Shown: one piece after another, positions 59,665 through 64,000 of the stretch
Layout: every line of letters begins with the position of its first letter
Position numbering within the stretch: position 1 is the first letter of the stretch
Program-made: the position numbers and the translations under genes
Notes under the pieces: model-generated
Databases searched by the model: none
Told to the model about the DNA's origin: nothing
The model's input: only the letters and a program-made list of their open reading frames with translations
NCBI GenBank assembly: GCA_044356725.1
Contig: JBIKVS010000002.1
Location: 1 to 64,000 of the forward strand
DNA: 64,000 bases
Origin: Minisyncoccia bacterium
Lineage (GTDB): Bacteria > Patescibacteriota > Minisyncoccia > SW-4-49-11
Direction: 5' to 3'

Positions 59665-61989
59665 ATGAAAATAAGAATTAATAAAGGTTTTTCACTCCTA
59701 GAAATACTCTTAGTAATAACATTATTGTCTATATTGTTTACTATATTAGTGGTGAGAATAAATCCTCGAAATATAGTTTATATATCAGAAGACAATAAAA
59801 GAGAGGCTGATGCATTGACAATTTATCAAGCCTTAGAGCAATATGCTATCAAGAATAATGCCTATCCAGAGAGTATAAAGAATATGCCTAATAATAGTTC
59901 AGCTTATATCTGTAAAACCTCCGCCCCAAATTGCCAAGCCCCAAAAATAAATTTATCTTCCATACTAGTACCAACATATTTCTCTAAAATTCCAGAATAT
60001 TCTACAGATAATACTAATAGTGGGTTTTATGTAATTAAAGATATTAATGGTAAAATTGGAGTTGGAGGAGTAAGACAATTAGACGAGACGACCTTTGTCA
60101 AAGGATTGGAGAGTCAAAGTTTTGCGACGATTCCAAATCAACCATCAAAGTTAGCTGTAACCTCCTGTACATATGCGAATAAAAAAATAAGTATACCCTA
60201 TACAGCAGGAGAAGTAGGCTATAATTATGCTAGTCAAACAATTAACTCCACGGGAGTAACCGGATTAACAGCAACATTATTAGGAGATGAACCTCTCGCA
60301 ACAGGAGGCACCGTCATAGATAGTGGAGGTTTCCGCTATCACGTCTTTACGAGTAGCGGAACATTTAATGTAACAACTACCAACCAGATGACTGTTGTTC
60401 TTGTCGGCGGTGGGGGTGGCGGTGGTGGTGGACACGCTAATGCAGGTGCAGGTGCAGGTGCGGGCGGTAAACTTGTCACACTTGCTGAATCTATTCCATC
60501 AGGCTCATTTAACATTGTTATCGGTGACGCCGGAGGCGGAGGAGCAAATGGTGTCGCCGGGAATAACGGCCAAGCGTCAACAGGATTCAGTTATACGGCT
60601 ACCGGTGGACAGGGCGGAGGATCGGGTTGGATCGGAGATTCACGAAATGGCCAAGGTGGGACTACGGGTGGTTCTGCGGGTGGGGCCAGTGGTCTTGCAG
60701 GAAGCCAAGGTGGTGCAAACGGTGGCGGATGGGATGACGGAGCAGAGGTTCTTAATTCGTTTATCGGCAACGGTGCCGGCGGAGCAGATGTAGGTGGTAC
60801 TTATTCTGGTGGAGGCGGCGGAGGTGGTGTTACGGTATCACTTTCCAGTGTGGCGGCGATAAATGGCACCATAGGTTCAAATGCGGTCAAGTACTACACA
60901 GAAAATGCAGGCCCTGGCGGAGCTGGGTATGGGGCTGGCGGTGGAGGTGCATCTGGACCGAATGCCGGGGGTGCAGGAGCAAAAGGGATTGTCATAGTGA
61001 GGTATCAATTAGCAACAGGAGGTAACTTAGCTACCAGTGGACTTCTAGAATATACAGTCACAGGGACTCCTAGTGGAGTAGGAACCGCTAATTTTGATCT
61101 TAGCAATATTGGTAATATGGGAGTTGGTTGTAATAATAGTAATATAGCGGTTAATGTGACAGGAACTCTCGCAACAGGAGGAGATACTACAACAGATATA
61201 ACAGTAGGAGCCGATACATATAGAGTACACACATTTACAACCGTCGGTACATCTAGTTTGAATGTAACACAAGGTGGAGAGTTTGAATATCTAGTAGTTG
61301 GTGGAGGCGGTGCTGGAGGTCCTACATATCATGGCGCCGGGGGAGGAGCAGGGGGATATCGTTCTTCAGTGATAGGAGAAATGTCTGGTGGAGGAAGTAT
61401 GGCAGAGCCAAGTTTAACTATAAATAGTGGATCCTATCAAGTTACGGTTGGAGCTGGTGGAATTGGAGGAGTGAATAATGGTAATGGCGTAAATTCAACA
61501 TTTTCTAATATAATAGCACTAGGTGGTGGAGGCGGTAATGGCAGAACTGGAGGATCAGGGTCAGGTACTTCTTACGGTTCCTCAGGTGTTAGTGTTGGTT
61601 TAGGAACTGCTAGCCAAGGATATAATGGTGGTACGGGACTTATGACATCTGCTGCACCTAATTATGGCTCAGGTGGTGGTGGTGGTGCCGGAGGAGTAGG
61701 CCAAACAGGGACATCTACTTCTGGTGGAAATGGAGGTATAGGTTTAACCTCATCAATTAATGGGACTCCGATGACACGTGCAGGTGGTGGTGGTGGATCT
61801 ACATATAATGGGGGCTCCCCAGGACAAGGTATTGCTGGCGGTGGAAATGGAAGTAACGGACAAGGTACATCTGCAGCATTAAACTCTGGAAGTGGAGGTG
61901 GAGGATCTGAACGATCTGCTGGAATAATTCAAGGTGGCTCCGGTGGTTCCGGCATCGTAATCGTGAGGTATAAGTTATTTGACTATTGA
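59665..61989 (+). CDS. Type IV pilin head fused to two glycine-rich adhesin-like modules
   Basis: KGFSLLEILLVI, ICKTSAPNC...LVPTYFSKIP; two modules LATGG...YR.H.FT..GT...GGGGGG...GIVIVRY. Confidence 0.9.
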   Translation: MKIRINKGFSLLEILLVITLLSILFTILVVRINPRNIVYISEDNKREADALTIYQALEQYAIKNNAYPESIKNMPNNSSAYICKTSAPNCQAPKINLSSILVPTYFSKIPEYSTDNTNSGFYVIKDINGKIGVGGVRQLDETTFVKGLESQSFATIPNQPSKLAVTSCTYANKKISIPYTAGEVGYNYASQTINSTGVTGLTATLLGDEPLATGGTVIDSGGFRYHVFTSSGTFNVTTTNQMTVVLVGGGGGGGGGHANAGAGAGAGGKLVTLAESIPSGSFNIVIGDAGGGGANGVAGNNGQASTGFSYTATGGQGGGSGWIGDSRNGQGGTTGGSAGGASGLAGSQGGANGGGWDDGAEVLNSFIGNGAGGADVGGTYSGGGGGGGVTVSLSSVAAINGTIGSNAVKYYTENAGPGGAGYGAGGGGASGPNAGGAGAKGIVIVRYQLATGGNLATSGLLEYTVTGTPSGVGTANFDLSNIGNMGVGCNNSNIAVNVTGTLATGGDTTTDITVGADTYRVHTFTTVGTSSLNVTQGGEFEYLVVGGGGAGGPTYHGAGGGAGGYRSSVIGEMSGGGSMAEPSLTINSGSYQVTVGAGGIGGVNNGNGVNSTFSNIIALGGGGGNGRTGGSGSGTSYGSSGVSVGLGTASQGYNGGTGLMTSAAPNYGSGGGGGAGGVGQTGTSTSGGNGGIGLTSSINGTPMTRAGGGGGSTYNGGSPGQGIAGGGNGSNGQGTSAALNSGSGGGGSERSAGIIQGGSGGSGIVIVRYKLFDY

Positions 61990-62204
61990 TTCTATATTAA
62001 GTGTACTAATTCATAAAGTTAATAAACATATCGACATAGTATTTTAGCACTTTGAGTTCCTGGACTCCTTGATGGGAGGTGGAACCGTAGGTGTCGTAAG
62101 AGTGCAGATTTAAATTTCCCTCTATTCCTTAACTTAATAAAAAAATAAAGTCACCCGTAGTAGAAAAAATGTTTTCCCCTACCCCCTCCCTGTCCGTTCC
62201 CAAC

Positions 62205-62242
62205 ATAAAAATAATCCCCAAGTTTTTGGGGATTATTTTTAT
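62205..62242 (-). terminator. Terminator after tRNA-Leu
   Basis: ataaaaataatcccca-...-tggggattatttttat. Confidence 0.75.
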
Positions 62243-62244
62243 TG

Positions 62245-62327
62245 TGCTGGTGAACGGACTTGAACCGTTACGGAGTTGCCTCCAAAGGATTTTGAGTCCT
62301 TCGTGTCTACCATTCCACCACACCAGC
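62245..62327 (-). tRNA. tRNA-Leu(CAA)
   Basis: GCTGGTG/CACCAGC acceptor, loop CT-CAA-AA, long variable arm. Confidence 0.95.
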
Positions 62328-62343
62328 TATGTATTATTATAAT

Positions 62344-62388
62344 TGTGGATAACTATGTTAGTATACCTGTCTATAAACCCCTTGTCAA
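62344..62388 (-). promoter_or_regulatory. tRNA-Leu promoter with a DnaA box near the start site
   Basis: TTGACA (62383-62388), 17 bp, TATACT (62360-62365); TTATCCACA at 62344-62352. Confidence 0.7.
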
Positions 62389-62449
62389 TAATTTTAAAGT
62401 ATGTTATAATATAAAAGTATTAGCGATATCAAAATAAAATATTAAAGAT

Positions 62450-63145
62450 ATGCATAACTCAGACGACAAATCTCAGCAAATTGCTGAACTAGAACAAATT
62501 GTAAAAGAAGCAGAAGCTAGGCTAAACCAAGCAAGGGCTATGTTAACTCAAGTTGCTGGAGCTAGCCAACCCTACACAAGTGTAGCTGGACAAGCAGAAA
62601 AAATTGTATTGGGAGAATTTACCGGAGAATATATGGTAGATGAAAACAAAAAACAATATCCTGTACCTGCCAACTATGCTAGTAAATCTAAGTTGATTGA
62701 AGGAGATCAGCTTAAGCTTACAATAACTGCAGATGGAGCTTTCATTTATAAGCAAATTGGTCCAGCTCCTCGTAGAAGAGCTATTGGAATTATTACCTAT
62801 CAGGATAATAGTTATTTTGCTAAAGTTGGAGATGAGCTTTATAGATTATTAACTGCTTCTGTTACCTACTTTAGATTATCTCCAGGAGATGAAGTAACAA
62901 TTTTAACTCCTTTAACCAAAAAAAGTGAATGGGCAGCTATTGAAAATGTAGTTAGTTCTGTAACACTTGGAATAGTTAATCCTAATGCTCCCTCACAACT
63001 TGGAACTACAACTGTGACTAATTATCAAACTTCTACCCCTAATAACCCTACTGTTACTGAGACTGAACCAGAAACTACGCCAGCCGATGAAACTGATTCT
63101 GATGAAAAATCAGATGATGAGGAATTAAAAATACAGCCTTGGTAA
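62450..63145 (+). CDS. Conserved CPR-type hypothetical protein
   Basis: N-terminal coiled coil, YPVPANYASKSKLIEGDQLKLTI...YKQIGP core, Thr/Pro-rich acidic tail. Confidence 0.75.
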   Translation: MHNSDDKSQQIAELEQIVKEAEARLNQARAMLTQVAGASQPYTSVAGQAEKIVLGEFTGEYMVDENKKQYPVPANYASKSKLIEGDQLKLTITADGAFIYKQIGPAPRRRAIGIITYQDNSYFAKVGDELYRLLTASVTYFRLSPGDEVTILTPLTKKSEWAAIENVVSSVTLGIVNPNAPSQLGTTTVTNYQTSTPNNPTVTETEPETTPADETDSDEKSDDEELKIQPW

Positions 63146-63570
63146 ATCTCAGAGAAATTATAGTATTTGGTATAATTGGAGTCATAAATACCTCGATTGA
63201 TATCGGGGTATTTATGTTTTTAAAATATATATTTCAGATTAATAATCAATCTGATTGGCTAATTTTCATAAATCTAATCGCTATTATATTAGCAATTATT
63301 TTTAGTTATTTTGCTAATAAATACTTTACTTTTCAACATAAAGCAAAAACTAATACTAAAGAAATAACTAGTTTTCTAATTGTAAATTTAGTTGGATTTT
63401 TAGTTAATACAAGTATTTTAAGGCTTGTTATTTATTTATTACCTAGTGAAGTTAGTTTGCCTGTAATTCCATTCTTGATAGATCCTGCCTTTATTGGTAA
63501 AATATTAGGAACAGCTGGCTCAATGGTAGTTACCTTTATTGGATATAAATTTTTTGTATTTAATAAATAA
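63139..63570 (+). CDS. GtrA-family flippase-like protein
   Basis: FGIIGVINTSID, SYFANKYFTF, YKFFVF. Confidence 0.9.
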   Translation: MVNLREIIVFGIIGVINTSIDIGVFMFLKYIFQINNQSDWLIFINLIAIILAIIFSYFANKYFTFQHKAKTNTKEITSFLIVNLVGFLVNTSILRLVIYLLPSEVSLPVIPFLIDPAFIGKILGTAGSMVVTFIGYKFFVFNK

Positions 63571-63582
63571 AAGAATAGTTTT

Positions 63583-64000
63583 ATGCCCGCTTTATATCGT
63601 ACTTATAGACCTCAAAACTTCAAGCAAGTTATAGGTCAAGAAATTATTAAAACCACCCTACAAAATGCGATTATCAACAATCGCACTGTACATTCATATC
63701 TTTTCAGTGGACCTCGTGGAACTGGGAAAACCACAATGGCTAGAATTTTTGCAAAAGCCTTAAATTGTATCAATCGACAACCTAATTCAGCCGAACCTTG
63801 TAATCTTTGTGATAATTGTAAATCTATTAACGATAATTCATTTATTGACTTAGTTGAAATTGATGCCGCTTCCAATCGTGGAATCGATGAAATTCGTAAT
63901 TTAAAGGAAGCTATTCGATTTGCCCCTTCTCAGAAAAATGGCTATAAAATATATATTATAGATGAGTCTCATATGTTAACCAAAGATGCGTCCAATGCTC
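63583..64000 (+). CDS. dnaX: DNA polymerase III gamma/tau subunit (partial)
   Basis: Hand-translated MPALYRTYRPQNFKQVIGQ...FSGPRGTGKTT...ALNC...EIDAASNRGIDEIR...IIDESHML. Confidence 0.96.
   Translation, partial: MPALYRTYRPQNFKQVIGQEIIKTTLQNAIINNRTVHSYLFSGPRGTGKTTMARIFAKALNCINRQPNSAEPCNLCDNCKSINDNSFIDLVEIDAASNRGIDEIRNLKEAIRFAPSQKNGYKIYIIDESHMLTKDASNA

Noticed and set aside
62043-62107. CIRCE element (TTAGCACT...GAGTGC)
   Set aside because: The half-sites are about 48 bp apart rather than 9 and no chaperone gene follows
62129-62323. 64-aa ORF
   Set aside because: It overlaps tRNA-Leu and its terminator

Overview
AT-rich, gene-dense bacterial chromosome segment using genetic code 11, with most genes on the minus strand. 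Gene content and order (lepB-hisS-like-rpsU-yqeY-ybeY-ftsA, short RSH and MurE, several type IV pilin-like genes, almost no Shine-Dalgarno sites) point to a Patescibacteria/CPR, probably Parcubacteria-like, genome; this assignment is an inference. Content: znuACB with a Zur-like operator, an OmpR-type two-component pair, housekeeping, cell-wall and pentose-phosphate genes, a 2-oxoacid:ferredoxin oxidoreductase, a thiol-redox cluster, an MmeI-like restriction-modification enzyme, four tRNAs (Lys-CTT, Ile-TAT, Arg-CCT, Leu-CAA) and seven intergenic mosaics of REP-like hairpins, several framed by inverted 7-mer arrays. Main leads: (1) three pilins share an N-terminal pilin head but carry different adhesin-like C-termini (Delta-60 repeats, a phage-like LamG domain, phage-like glycine-rich modules); one has an in-frame 732-bp cassette inserted mid-domain and another has a G8 tract in its promoter spacer; (2) a perfect 10-nt SD sits before rpsU while the other starts I inspected lack one, suggesting bS21 autoregulation of the Bacteroidia type; (3) tRNA-Ile(UAU); (4) a HisRS paralog missing its catalytic motifs; (5) MurA with Cys replaced by Asp. 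All calls come from reading motifs by eye; no database searches were run.
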